Assembly (NCBI RefSeq): GCF_009914755.1
Contig: NC_060935.1
Reading direction: 5' to 3' (one strand)
DNA: 64,000 bases
Origin: the human T2T-CHM13v2.0 reference genome, Homo sapiens
The notes beneath the pieces were generated by a model. That model was not told where the DNA came from, did not search any database, and saw nothing but the letters and a program-made list of their open reading frames with translations. Below, piece by piece: positions 42,101 to 56,264 of this stretch (position 1 is the stretch's first letter; every line of letters starts with the position of its first letter). A program made the position numbers and the translations under genes.

Positions 42101-43819
42101 GAGGGCTTTGAGGCCTGTGGTGGAAAATGAAAATCTTCACAAAAAAACTAGATGGAAGCATTCTCAGAAACTACTTTGTGATGATTGCATTCGACTCACA
42201 GAGTTGAACATTCCTATAGATAGAGCAGGTTGTAAACAATCTTTTTGTAGAATCTGCGATTGGAGATTTGGACTGCTTTGAGGCCTACTGTAGTAAAGGA
42301 AATAACTTCATCTAAAAACCAAACGGAAGCATTCACAGACAATTCTTAGTGATCATTGGATTGAACTAACAGAGCTGAACATTCCTTTAGATGGCGCAGT
42401 TTCCAAACACACTTTCTGTAGAATCTGCAAGTGGATATTTGGACTTCTCTGAGGATTTCGTTGGAAACGGGATAAACTTCCCAGAACTACACGGAAGCAT
42501 TGTGAGAAACTTCTTTGTGATGTTTGCATTCAACTCACAGAGTTGAACCTTGCTTTCATAGTTCAGCTTTCAAACACTCTTTTTGTAGAATCTGCAAGTG
42601 CATATTTGGACCACTTTGTGGCCTTCCTTCGAAACGGGTATATCTTCACATCAAACCTAGACAGAAGCATTCTCAGAATGTTTCCTGTGAAGACTGCATT
42701 CAACTCACAGAGATGAACAATCCTGTTGATGGAGCACTTTGGAAACTCTCTTTCTTGGGATTCTGCAAGTTGATATGTGGACCTCTGTGAAGATTTAGTT
42801 GGAAACGTGTTCATCTTCACAGAAAAACTAAACAGAAGCATTCTCAAAAACTACTTTGTGATGTTTGTGTTCCACTTCAAGAATTGAACTTTCCTCTTGA
42901 CAGAGCAGCTCTGAAACCCTCTTTTTCTAGAATCTGCAAGTGGACATTTGGAGGGCTTTGAGGCCTGTGGTGGAAAAGGAAAATCTTCACATAAAAACTA
43001 GATGGAAGCATTCTCAGAAACTACTTTGTGATGATTGCATTCGACTCACAGAGTTGAACATTCCTATAGATAGAGCAGGTTGTAAACAATCTTTTTGTAG
43101 AATCTGCGATTGGAGATTTGGACTGCTTTGAGGCCTACTGTAGTAAAGGAAATAACTTCATCTAAAAACCAAACGGAAGCATTCACAGACAATTCTTAGT
43201 GATCATTGGATTGAACTAACACAGCTGAAAATTCCTTTAGATGGAGCAGTTTCCAAACACACTTTCTGTAGAATCTGCAAGTGGATATTTGGACCTCTCT
43301 GAGGATTTCGTTGGAAACGGGATAAACTTCCCAGAACTACACGGAAGCATTCTGAGAAACTTCTTTGTGATGTTTGCATTCAACTCACAGAGTTGAACCT
43401 TGCTTTCATAGTTCAGCTTTCAAACACTCTTTTTGTAGAATCTGCAAGTGGATATTTGGACCACTTTGTGGCCTTCCTTCGAAACGGGTATATCTTCACA
43501 TCAAACCTAGACAGAAGCATTCTCAGAATGTTTCCTGTGATGACTGCATTCAACTCACAGAGGTGAACAATCCTGCTGATGGAGCAGTTTTGAAACTCTC
43601 TTTCTTTGGATTCTGCAAGTGGATATGTGGACCTCTGTGAAGATTTCGTTGGAAACGGGTTCATCATCACAGAAAAACTAAACAGAAGCATTCTCAGAAA
43701 CTGCTTTGTGATGTTTGTGTTCCACTTCAGGAATTGAACTTTCCTCTTGACAGAGCAGCTCTGAAACCCTCTTATTCTAGAATCTGCAAGTGGACATTTG
43801 GAGGGCTTTGAGGCCTGTG

Positions 43820-45160
43820 ATGGAAAAGGAAAATCTTCACATAAAAACTAGATGGAAGCATTCTCAGAAACTACTTTGTGATGATTGCATTCGACTCACA
43901 GAGTTGAACATTCCTATAGATAGAGCAGGTTGTAAACAATCTTTTTCTAGAATCTGCGATTGGAGATTTGGACTGCTTTGAGGCCTACTGTAGTAAAGGA
44001 AATAACTTCATCTAAAAACCAAACGGAAGCATTCACAGACAATTCTTAGTGATCATTGGATTGAACTAACACAGCTGAACATTCCTTTAGATGGAGCAGT
44101 TTCCAAACACACTTTCTGTAGAATCTGCAAGTGGATATTTGGACCTCTCTGAGGATTTCGTTGGAAACGGGATAAACTTCCCAAAACTACACGGAAGCAT
44201 TCTGAGAAACTTCTTTGTGATGTTTGCATTCAACTCACAGAGTTGAACCTTGCTTTCATACTTCAGCTTTCAAACACTCTTTTTGTAGAATCTGCAAGTG
44301 GATATTTGGACCACTTTGTGGCCTTCCTTCGAAACGGGTATATCTTCACATCAAACCTAGACAGAAGCATTCTCAGAATGTTTCCTGTGATGACTGCATT
44401 CAACTCACAGAGGTGAACAATCCTGCTGATGGAGCAGTTTTGAAACTCTCTTTCTTTGGATTCTGCAAGTGGATATGTGGACCTCTGTGAAGATTTCGTT
44501 GGAAACGGGTTCATCTTCACAGAAAAACTAAACAGAAGCATTCTCAGAAACTGCTTTGTGATGTTTGTGTTCCACTTCAGGAATTGAACTTTCCTCTTGA
44601 CAGAGCAGCTCTGAAACCCTCTTATTCTAGAATCTGCAAGTGGACATTTGGAGGGCTTTGAGGCCTGTGGTGGAAAAGGAAAATCTTCACATAAATACTA
44701 GATGGAAGCATTCTCAGAAACTACTTTGTGATGATTGCATTCGACTCACAGAGTTGAACATTCCTATAGATAGAGCAGGTTGTAAACAATCTTTTTGTAG
44801 AAAATGCGATTGGAGATTTGGACTGCTTTGAGGCCTACTGTAGTAAAGGAAATAACTTCATCTAAAAACCAAACGGAAGCATTCACAGACAATTCTTAGT
44901 GATCATTGGATTGAACTAACAGAGCTGAACATTCCTTTAGATGGAGCAGTTGCCAAACCCACTTTCTGTAGAATCTGCAAGTGGATATTTGGACTTCTCT
45001 GAGGATTTCGTGGGAAACGGGATAAACTTCCCAGAACTACACGGAAGCATTGTGAGAAACTTCTTTGTGATGTTTGCATTCAACTCACAGAGTTGAACCT
45101 TGCTTTCATAGTTCAGCTTTCAAACACTCTTTTTGTAGAATCTGCAAGTGGATATTTGGA
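43820..45160 (+). repeat. Duplicated block (end of HOR52 plus HOR53), copy at ~54870-56210 (offset 11050 = 13 HORs)
   Basis: Shared CCTGTGATGG, monomer-4 TTTTCTAG, CCAAAACTAC, CATACTTC, ATAAATACTA, AAAATGCGAT, GTTGCCAAACCC and TCGTGGGAAAC. Confidence 0.88.
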
Positions 45161-46430
45161 CCACTTTGTGGCCTTCCTTCGAAACGGGTATATCTCCACA
45201 TCAAACCTAGACAGAAGCATTCTCAGAATTTTTCCTATGATGACTGCATTCAACTCACAGAGGTGAACAATCCTGCTGATGGAGCAGTTTTGAAACTCTC
45301 TTTCTTTGGATTCTGCAAGTGGATATGTGGACCTCTGTGAAGATTTCGTTGGAAACGGGTTCATCTTCACAGAAAAACTAAACAGGAGCATTCTCAGAAA
45401 CTGCTTTGTGATGTTTGTGTTCCACTTCAAGAATTGAACTTTCCTCTTGACAGAACAGCTCTGAAACCCTCTTTTTCTAGAATCTGCAAGTGGACATTTG
45501 GAGGGCTTTGAGGCCTGTGGTGGAAAAGGAAAATCTTCACATAAAAACTAGATGGAAGCATTCTCAGAAACTACTTTGTGATGATTGCATTCGACTCACA
45601 GAGTTGAACATTCCTATAGATAGAGCAGGTTGTAAACAATCTTTTTCTAGAATCTGCGATTGGAGATTTGGACTGCTTTGAGGCCTACTGTAGTAAAGGA
45701 AATAACTTCATCTAAAAACCAAACGGAAGCATTCACAGACAATACTTAGTGATCATTGCATTGAACTAACAGAGCTGAACATTCCTTTAGATGGCGCAGT
45801 TTCCAAACACACTTTCTGTAGAATCTGCAAGTGGATATTTGGACCTCTCGGAGGATTTCGTTGGAAACGGGATAAACTTCCCAGAACTACACGGAAGCAT
45901 TGTGAGAAACTTCTTTGTGATGTTTGCATTCAACTCACAGAGTTGAACCTTGCTTTCATAGTTCAGCTTTCAAACACTCTTTTTGTAGAATCTGCAAGTG
46001 GATATTTGGACCACTTTGTGGCCTTCCTTCGAAACGGGTATATCTTCACATCAAACCTAGACAGAAGCATTCTCAGAATGTTTCCTGTGATGACTGCATT
46101 CAACTCACAGAGGTGAACAATCCTGCTGATGGAGCAGTTTTGAAACTCTCTTTCTTTGGATTCTGCAAGTGGATATGTGGACCTCTGTGAAGATTTCGTT
46201 GGAAACGGGTTCATCTTCACAGAAAAACTAAACAGGAGCATTCTCAGAAACTGCTTTGTGATGTTTGTGTTCCACTTAAAGAATTGAACTTTCCTCTTGA
46301 CAGAGCAGCTCTGAAACCCTCTTTTTCTAGAATCTGCAAGTGGACATTTGGAGGGCTTTGAGGCCTGTGGTGGAAAAGGAAAATCTTCACATAAAAACTT
46401 TATGGAAGCATTCTCAAAAACTTCTTTGTG
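44950..46430 (+). repeat. Duplicated block (HOR54-55), copy at ~61267-62747 (offset 16317 = 19 HORs + 167)
   Basis: Shared GTTGCCAAAC, TCGTGGGAAAC, TATCTCCACA, GAATTTTTCCTATG, CAGAACAGCT, CTCTCGGAGG, CACTTAAAG and AACTTTATGG. Confidence 0.88.
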
Positions 46431-49400
46431 ATGATTGCATTCGACTCACAGAGTTGAACATTCCTATAGATAGAGCAGGTTGTAAACAATCTTTTTGTAG
46501 AATCTGCGATTGGAGATTTGGACTGCTTTGAGGCCTACTGTAGTAAAGGAAATAACTTCATCTAAAAACCAAACGGAAGCATTCACAGACAATTCTTAGT
46601 GATCATTGCATTGAACTAACAGAGCTGAACATTCCTTTAGATGGCGCAGTTTCCAAACACACTTTCTGTAGAATCTGCAAGTGGATATTTGGACCTCTCT
46701 GAGGATTTCGTTAGAAACGGGATAAACTTCCCAGAACTACACGGAAGCATGCTGAGAAACTTCTTTGTGATGTTTGCATTCAACTCACAGAGTTGAACCT
46801 TGCTTTCATAGTTCAGCTTTCAAACACTCTTTTTGTAGAATCTGCAAGTGGATATTGGGACCACTTTGTGGCCTTCCTTCGAAACGGGTATATCTTCACA
46901 TCAAACCTAGACAGAAGCATTCTCAGAATGTTTCCTGTGATGACTGCATTCAACTCACAGAGGTGAACAATCCTGCTGATGGAGCAATTTTGAAACTCTC
47001 TTTCTTTGGATTCTGCAAGTGGATATGTGGACCTCTGTGAAGATTTCGTTGGAAACGGGTTCATCTTCACAGAAAAACTAAACAGAAGCATTCTCAGAAA
47101 CTGCTTTGTGATGTTTGTGTTCCACTTCAGGAATTGAACTTTCCTCTTGACAGAGCAGCTCTGAAACCCTCTTATTCTAGAATCTGCAAGTGGACATTTG
47201 GAGGGCTTTGAGGCCTGTGGTGGAAAAGGAAAATCTTCACAGAAAAACTAGATGGAAGCATTCTCAGAAACTACTTTGTGATGATTGCATTCGACTCACA
47301 GAGTTGAACATTCCTATAGATAGAGCAGGTTGTAAACAATCTTTTTGTAGAATCTGCGATTGGAGATTTGGACTGCTTTGAGTCCTACTGTAGTAAAGGA
47401 AATAACTTCATCTAAAAACCAAACGGAAGCATTCACAGACAATTCTTAGTGATCATTGCATTGAACTAACAGAGCTGAACATTCCTTTAGATGGAGCAGT
47501 TTCCAAACACACTTTCTGTAGAACCTGCAAGTGGATATTTGGACCTCTCTGAGGATTTCGTTGGAAACGGGATAAACTTCCCAGAACTACACGGAAGCAT
47601 TGTGAGAAACTTCTTTGTGATGTTTGCATTCAACTCACAGAGTTGAACCTTGCTTTCATAGTTCAGCTTTCAAACACTCTTTTTGGAGAATCTGCAAGTG
47701 GATATTTGGACCACTTTGTGGCCTTCCTTCGAAACGGGTATATCTTCACATCAAACCTAGACAGAAGCATTCTCAGAATGTTTCCTGTGATGACTGCATT
47801 CAACTCACAGAGGTGAACAATCCTGCTGATGGAGCAGTTTTGAAACTCTCTTTCTTTGGATTCTGCAAGTGGATATGTGGACCTCTGTGAAGATTTCGTT
47901 GGAAACGGGTTCATCTTCACAGAAAAACTAAACAGAAACATTCTCACAAACTGCTTTGTGATGTTTGTGTTCCACTTCAGGAATTGAACTTTCCTCTTGA
48001 CAGAGCAGCTCTGAAACCCTCTTATTCTATAATCTGCAAGTGGACATTTGGAGGGCTTTGAGGCCTGTGGTGGAAAAGGAAAATCTTCACATAAAAACTA
48101 GATGGAAGCATTCTCAGAAACTACTTTGTGATGATTGCATTCGACTCACAGATTTGAACATTCCTATAGATAGAGCAGGTTGTAAACAATCTTTTTGTAG
48201 AATCTGCGATTGGAGATTTGGACTGCTTTGAGGCCTACTGTAGTAAAGGAAATAACTTCATCTAAAAACCAAACGGAAGCATTCACAGACAATTCTTAGT
48301 GATCATTGGATTGAACTAACAGAGCTGAACATTCCTTTAGATGGCGCAGTTTCCAAACACACTTTCTGTAGAATCTGCAAGTGGATATTTGGACTTCTCT
48401 GAGGATTTCGTTGGAAACGGGATAAACTTCCCAGAACTACACGGAAGCATTGTGAGAAACTTCTTTGTGATGTTTGCATTCAACTCACAGAGTTGAACCT
48501 TGCTTTCATAGTTCAGCTTTCAAACACTCTTTTTGTAGAATCTGCAAGTGCATATTTGGACCACTTTGTGGCCTTCCTTCGAAACGGGTATATCTTCACA
48601 TCAAACCTAGACAGAAGCATTCTCAGAATGTTTCCTGTGAAGACTGCATTCAACTCACAGAGATGAACAATCCTGTTGATGGAGCACTTTGGAAACTCTC
48701 TTTCTTGGGATTCTGCAAGTTGATATGTGGAACTCTGTGAAGATTTCGTTGGAAACGTGTTCATCTTCACAGAAAAACTAAACAGAAGCATTCTCAAAAA
48801 CTACTTTGTGATGTTTGTGTTCCACTTCAAGAATTGAACTTTCCTCTTGACAGAGCAGCTCTGAAAACCTCTTTTTCTAGAATCTGCAAGTGGACATTTG
48901 GAGGGCTTTGAGGCCTGTGGTGGAAAAGGAAAATCTTCACATAAAAACTAGATGGAAGCATTCTCAGAAACTACTTTGTGATGATTGCATTCGACTCACA
49001 GAGTTGAACATTCCTATAGATAGAGCAGGTTGTAAACAATCTTTTTGTAGAATCTGCGATTGGAGATTTGGACTGCTTTGAGGCCTACTGTAGTAAAGGA
49101 AATAACTTCATCTAAAAACCAAACGGAAGCATTCACAGACAATTCTTAGTGATCATTGGATTGAACTAACACAGCTGAAAATTCCTTTAGATGGAGCAGT
49201 TTCCAAACACACTTTCTGTAGAATCTGCAAGTGGATATTTGGACCTCTCTGAGGATTTCGTTGGAAACGGGATAAACTTCCCAGAACTACACGGAAGCAT
49301 TCTGAGAAACTTCTTTGTGATGTTTGCATTCAACTCACAGAGTTGAACCTTGCTTTCATAGTTCAGCTTTCAAACACTCTTTTTGTAGAATCTGCAAGTG

Positions 49401-50959
49401 GATATTGGGACCACTTTGTGGCCTTCCTTCGAAACGGGTATATCTTCACATCAAACCTAGACAGAAGCATTCTCAGAATGTTTCCTGTGATGACTGCATT
49501 CAACTCACAGAGGTGAACAATCCTGCTGATGGAGCAGTTTTGAAACTCTCTTTCTTTGGATTCTGCAAGTGGATATGTGGACCTCTGTGAAGATTTCGTT
49601 GGAAACGGGTTCATCTTCACAGAAAAACTAAACAAGAGCATTCTCAGAAACTGCTTTGTGATGTTTGTGTTCCACTTAAAGAATTGAACTTTCCTCTTGA
49701 CAGAGCAGCTCTGAAACCCTCTTTTTCTAGAATCTGCAAGTGGATATTTGGAGGGCTTTGAGGCCTGTGGTGGAAAAGGAAAATCTTCACATAAAAACTT
49801 TATGGAAGCATTCTCAGAAACTTCTTTGTGATGATTGCATTCGACTCACAGAGTTGAACATTCCTATAGATAGAGCAGGTTGTAAACAATCTTTTTGTAG
49901 AATCTGCGATTGGAGATTTGGACTGCTTTGAGGCCTACTGTAGTAAAGGAAATTACTTCATCTAAAAACCAAACGGAAGCATTCACAGACAATTCTTAGT
50001 GATCATTGGATTGAACTAACAGAGCTGAACATTCCTTTAGATGGAGCAGTTTCCAAACCCACTTTCTGTAGAATCTGCAAGTGGATATTTGCACTTCTCT
50101 GAGGATTTCGTTGGAAACGGGATAAACTTCCCAGAACTACACGGAAGCATTGTGAGAAACTTCTTTGTGATGTTTGCATTCAACTCACAGAGTTGAACCT
50201 TGTTTTCATAGTTCAGCTTTCAAACACTCTTTTTGTAGAATCTGCAAGTGGATATTTGGACCACTTTGTGGCCTTCCTTCGAAACGGGTATATCTTCACA
50301 TCAAACCTAGACAGAAGCATTCTCAGAATGTTTCCTGTGATGACTGCATTCAACTCACAGAGGTGAACAATCCTGTTGATGGAGCACTTTTGAAACTCTC
50401 TTTCTTTGTATTCTGCAAGTTGATATGTGGACCTATGCGAAGATTTCGTTGGAAACGGGTTCATCTTCACAGAAAAAGTAAACAGAAGCATTCTCAGAAA
50501 CTACTTTGTGATGTTTGTGTTCCACTTCAAGAATTGAACTTTCCTCTTGACAGAGCAGCTCTGAAACCCTCTTTTTCTGGAATCTGCAAGTGGACATTTG
50601 GAGGGCTTTGAGGCCTGTGGTGGAAAAGGAAAATCTTCACATAAAAACTAGATGGAAGCATTCTCAGAAACTACTTTGTGATGATTGCATTCGACTCACA
50701 GAGTTGAACATTCCTATAGATAGAGCAGGTTGTAAACAATCTTTTTGTAGAATCTGCGATTGGAGATTTGGACTGCTTTGAGGCCTACTGTAGTAAAGGA
50801 AATAACTTCATCTAAAAACCAAACGGAAGCATTCACAGACAATTCTTAGTGATCATTGCATTGAACTAACAGAGGTGAACATTCCTTTAGATGGCGCAGT
50901 TTCCAAACACACTTTCTGTAGAATCTGCAAGTGGATATTTGGACCTCTCTGAGGATTTC

Positions 50960-53900
50960 GTTGGAAACGGTATAAACTTCCCAGAACTACACGGAAGCAT
51001 TGTGAGAAAATTCTTTGTGATGTTTGCATTCAACTCACAGAGTTGAACCTTGCTTTCATAGTTCAGCTTTCAAACACTCTTTTTGTAGAATCTGCAAGTG
51101 GATATTTGGACCACTTTGTGGCCTTCCTTCGAAACGGGTATATCTTCCCATCAAACCTAGACAGAAGCATTCTCAGAATGTTTCCTGTGATGACTGCATT
51201 CAACTCACAGAGGTCAACAATCCTGTTGATGGAGCACTTTTGAAACTCTCTTTCTTTGGATTCTGCAAGTTGATATGTGGATCTCTGTGAAGATTTCGTT
51301 GGAAACGGGTTCATCTTCACAGAAAAACTAAACAGAAGCATTCTCAGAAACTACTTTGTGATGTTTGTGTTCCACTTCAAGAATTGAACTTTCTTCTTGA
51401 CAGAGCAGCTCTGAAACCCTCTTTTTCTAGAATCTGCAAGTGGACATTTGGAGGGCTTTGAGGCCTGTGGTGGAAAAGGAAAATCTTCACATAAAAACTA
51501 GATGGAAGCATTCTCAGAAACTACTTTGTGATGATTGCATTCGACTCACAGAGTTGAACATTCCTATAGATAGAGCAGGTTGTAAACAATCTTTTTGTAG
51601 AATCTGCGATTGGAGATTTGGACTGCTTTGAGGCCTACTGTAGTAAAGGAAATAACTTCATCTAAAAACCAAACGGAAGCATTCACAGACAATTCTTAGT
51701 GATCATTGCATTGAACTAACAGAGCTGAACATTCCTTTAGATGGCGCAGTTTCCAAACACACTTTCTGTAGAATCTGCAAGTGGATATTTGGACCTCTCT
51801 GAGGATTTCGTTAGAAACGGGATAAACTTCCCAGAACTACACGGAAGCATGCTGAGAAACTTCTTTGTGATGTTTGCATTCAACTCACAGAGTTGAACCT
51901 TGCTTTCATAGTTCAGCTTTCAAACACTCTTTTTGTAGAATCTGCAAGTGGATATTTGGACCACTTTGTGGCCTTCCTTCGAAACGGGTATATCTTCACA
52001 TCAAACCTAGACAGAAGCATTCTCAGAATGTTTCCTGTGATGACTGCATTCAACTCACAGAGGTGAACAATCCTGCTGATGGAGCAATTTTGAAACTCTC
52101 TTTCTTTGGATTCTGCAAGTGGATATGTGGACCTCTGTGAAGATTTCGTTGGAAACGGGTTCATCTTCACAGAAAAACTAAACAGAAGCATTCTCAGAAA
52201 CTGCTTTGTGATGTTTGTGTTCCACTTCAGGAATTGAACTTTCCTCTTGACAGAGCAGCTCTGAAACCCTCTTATTCTAGAATCTGCAAGTGGACATTTG
52301 GAGGGCTTTGAGGCCTGTGGTGGAAAAGGAAAATCTTCACAGAAAAACTAGATGGAAGCATTCTCAGAAACTACTTTGTGATGATTGCATTCGACTCACA
52401 GAGTTGAACATTCCTGTAGATAGAGCAGGTTGTAAACAATCTTTTTGTAGAATCTGCGATTGGAGATTTGGACTGCTTTGAGTCCTACTGTAGTAAAGGA
52501 AATAACTTCATCTAAAAACCAAACGGAAGCATTCACAGACAATTCTTAGTGATCATTGCATTGAACTAACAGAGCTGAACATTCCTTTACATGGAGCAGT
52601 TTCCAAACACACTTTCTGTAGAACCTGCAAGTGGATATTTGGACCTCTCTGAGGATTTCGTTGGAAACGGGATAAACTTCCCAGAACTACACGGAAGCAT
52701 TGTGAGAAACTTCTTTGTGATGTTTGCATTCAACTCACAGAGTTGAACCTTGCTTTCATAGTTCAGCTTTCAAACACTCTTTTTGTAGAATCTGCAAGTG
52801 GATATTTGGACCACTTTGTGGCCTTCCTTCGAAACGGGTATATCTTCACATCAAACCTAGACAGAAGCATTCTCAGAATGTTTCCTGTGATGACTGCATT
52901 CAACTCACAGAGGTGAACAATCCTGCTGATGGAGCAGTTTTGAAACTCTCTTTCTTTGGATTCTGCAAGTGGATATGTGGACCTCTGTGAAGATTTCGTT
53001 GGAAACGGGTTCATCTTCACAGAAAAACTAAACAGAAACATTCTCACAAACTGCTTTGTGATGTTTGTGTTCCACTTCAGGAATTGAACTTTCCTCTTGA
53101 CAGAGCAGCTCTGAAACCCTCTTATTCTAGAATCTGCAAGTGGACATTTGGAGGGCTTTGAGGCCTGTGGTGGAAAAGGAAAATCTTCACATAAAAACTA
53201 GATGGAAGCATTCTCAGAAACTACTTTGTGATGATTGCATTCGACTCATAGATTTGAACATTCCTATAGATAGAGCAGGTTGTAAACAATCTTTTTGTAG
53301 AATCTGCGATTGGAGATTTGGACTGCTTTGAGGCCTACTGTAGTAAAGGAAATAACTTCATCTAAAAACCAAACGGAAGCATTCACAGACAATTCTTAGT
53401 GATCATTGCATTGAACTAACAGAGCTGAACATTCCTTTAGATGGCGCAGTTTCCAAACACACTTTCTGTAGAATCTGCAAGTGGATATTTGGACTTCTCT
53501 GAGGATTTCGTTGGAAACGGGATAAACTTCCCAATACTACACGGAAGCATTGTGAGAAACTTCTTTGTGATGTTTGCATTCAACTCACAGAGTTGAACCT
53601 TGCTTTCATAGTTCAGCTTTCAAACACTCTTTTTGTAGAATCTGCAAGTGGATATTTGGACCACTTTTTGGGCTTCCTTCGAAACGGGTATATCTTCACA
53701 TCAAACCTAGACAGAAACATTCTCAGAATGTTTCCTGTGATGACTGCATTCAACTCACAGAGGTGAACAATCCTGCTGATGGAGCAGTTTTGAAACTCTC
53801 TTTCTTTGGATTCTGCAAGTGGATATGTGGACCTCTGTGAAGATTTCGTTGGAAACGGGTTCATCTTCACAGAAAAACTAAACAGGAGCATTCTCAGAAA

Positions 53901-54160
53901 CTGCTTTGTGATGTTTGTGTTCCACTTCAAGAATTTAACTTTCCTCTTGACAGAGCAGCTCTGAAACCCTATTTTTCTAGAATATGCAAGTGGACATTTG
54001 GAGGGCTTTGAGGCCTGTGGTGGAAAAGGAAAATCTTCACATAAAAACTAGATGGAAGCATTCTCAGAAACTACTTTGTGATGATTGCATTCGACTCACA
54101 GAGTTGAACATTCCTATAGATAGAGCAGGTTGTAAACAATCTTTTTCTAGAATCTGCGAT
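50960..54160 (+). repeat. Duplicated ~3.2-kb block (HOR61-64), copy at ~57927-61127 (offset 6967 = 8 HORs + 167)
   Basis: Shared AAACGGTATA, GAGAAAATT, CTTCCCATC, GGATCTCTG, GTTAGAAAC, GCAATTTT, AGTCCTACT, GAAACATTCTCACAAA, CTCATAGATTTG, CACTTTTTGGGC, GAATTTAAC and AATATGCAAG. Confidence 0.9.
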
Positions 54161-55247
54161 TGGAGATTTGGACTGCTTTGAGGCCTACTGTAGTAAAGGA
54201 AATAACTTCATCTAAAAACCAAACGGAAGCATTCACAGACAATTCTTAGTGATCATTGGATTGAACTAACAGAGCTGAACATTCCTTTAGATGGAGCAGT
54301 TTCCAAACCCACTTTCTGTAGAATCTGCAAGTGGATATTTGGACTTCTCTGAGGATTTCGTTGGAAACGGGATAAACTTCCCAGAACTGCAGGGAAGCAT
54401 TGTGAGAAACTTCTTTGTGATGTTTGCATTCAACTCACAGAGTTGAACCTTGCTTTCATAGTTCAGCTTTCAAACACTCTTTTTGTAGAATCTGCAAGTG
54501 GATATTTGGACCACTTTGTGGCCTTCCTTCGAAACGGGTATATCTTCACATCAAACCTAGACAGAAGCATTCTCAGAATGTTTCCTGTGAAGACTGCATT
54601 CAACTCACAGAGATGAACAATCCTGTTGATGGAGCACTTTGGAAACTCTCTTTCTTGGGATTCTGCAAGTTGATATGTGGACCTCTGTGAAGATTTCGTT
54701 GGAAACGGGTTCATCTTCACAGAAAAACTAAACAGAAGCATTCTGAAAAACTACTTTGTTATGTTTGTGTTCCACTTCAAGAATTGAACTTTCCTCTTGA
54801 CAGAGCAGCTCTGAAACCCTCTTTTTCTAGAATCTGCAAGTGGACATTTGGAGGGCTTTGAGGCCTGTGATGGAAAAGGAAAATCTTCACATAAAAACTA
54901 GATGGAAGCATTCTCAGAAACTACTTTGTGATGATTGCATTCGACTCACAGAGTTGAACATTCCTATAGATACAGCAGGTTGTAAACAATCTTTTTCTAG
55001 AATCTGCGATTGGAGATTTGGACTGCTTTGAGGCCTACTGTAGTAAAGGAAATAACTTCATCTAAAAACCAAACGGAAGCATTCACAGACAATTCTTAGT
55101 GATCATTGGATTGAACTAACACAGCTGAACGTTCCTTTAGATGGAGCAGATTCCAAACACACTTTCTGTAGAATCTGCAAGTGGATATTTGGACCTCTCT
55201 GAGGATTTCGTTGGAAACGGGATAAATTTCCCAAAACTACACGGAAG

Positions 55248-56264
55248 CATTCTGAGAAACTTCTTTGTGATGTTTGCATTCAACTCACAGAGTTGAACCT
55301 TGCTTTCATACTTCAGCTTTCAAACACTCTTTTTGTAGAATCTGCAAGTGGATATTTGGACCACTTTGTGGCCTTCCTTCGAAACGGGTATATCTTCACA
55401 TCAAACCTAGACAGAAGCATTCTCAGAATGTTTCCTGTGATGACTGCATTCAACTCACAGAGGTGAACAATCCTGCTGATGGAGCAGTTTTGAAACTCTC
55501 TTTCTTTGGATTCTGCAAGTGGATATGTGGACCTCTGTGAAGATTTCGTTGGAAACGGGTTCATCTTCACAGAAAAACTAAACAGAAGCATTCTCAGAAA
55601 CTGCTTTGTGATGTTTGTGTTCCACTTCAGGAATTGAACTTTCCTCTTGACAGAGCAGCTCTGAAACCCTCTTATTCTAGAATCTGCAAGTGGACATTTG
55701 GAGGGCTTTGAGGCCTGTGGTGGAAAAGGAAAATCTTCACATAAATACTAGATGGAAGCATTCTCAGAAACTACTTTGTGATGATTGCATTCGAATCACA
55801 GAGTTGAACATTCCTATAGATAGAGCAGGTTGTAAACAATCTTTTTGTAGAAAATGCGATTGGAGATTTGGACTGCTTTGAGGCCTACTGTAGTAAAGGA
55901 AATAACTTCATCTAAAAACCAAACGGAAGCATTCACAGACAATTCTTAGTGATCATTGGATTGAACTAACAGAGCTGAACATTCCTTTACATGGAGCAGT
56001 TGCCAAACCCACTTTCTGTAGAATCTGCAAGTGGATATTTGGACTTCTCTGAGGATTTCGTGGGAAACGGGATAAACTTCCCAGAACTACACGGAAGCAT
56101 TGTGAGAAACTTCTTTGTGATGTTTGCATTCAACTCACAGAGTTGAACCTTGCTTTCATAGTTCAGCTTTCAAACACTCTTTTTGTAGAATCTGCAAGTG
56201 GATATTTGGACTTCTCTGAGGATTTCGTTGGAAACGGGATAAACTTCCCAGAACTACACGGAAG
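55248..56264 (+). repeat. Structural-variant HOR: 6 monomers, 1017 bp (HOR66)
   Basis: The ORF period jumps from 55274 to 56291 (850+167), and an extra monomer is read directly at 56098-56264. Confidence 0.95.
56098..56264 (+). repeat. Hybrid monomer (monomer-1 5' part fused to monomer-5 3' part), 167 bp, with an intact CENP-B box at 56223-56239
   Basis: Starts as monomer 1 (CATTGTGAGAAAC...CACTCTTTTTGTAG). After GGATATTTGGAC it continues as monomer 5 (TTCTCTGAGGATTTCGTTGGAAACGGGATAAACTTCCC) instead of CACTTTGTGGCC. Confidence 0.95.

Noticed and set aside
39974-50611. Longer 145-aa ORFs at 39974 and 50174
   Set aside because: Both result from one TGA>CGA substitution copied by the 12-HOR-offset duplication. 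There is no evidence of coding function.
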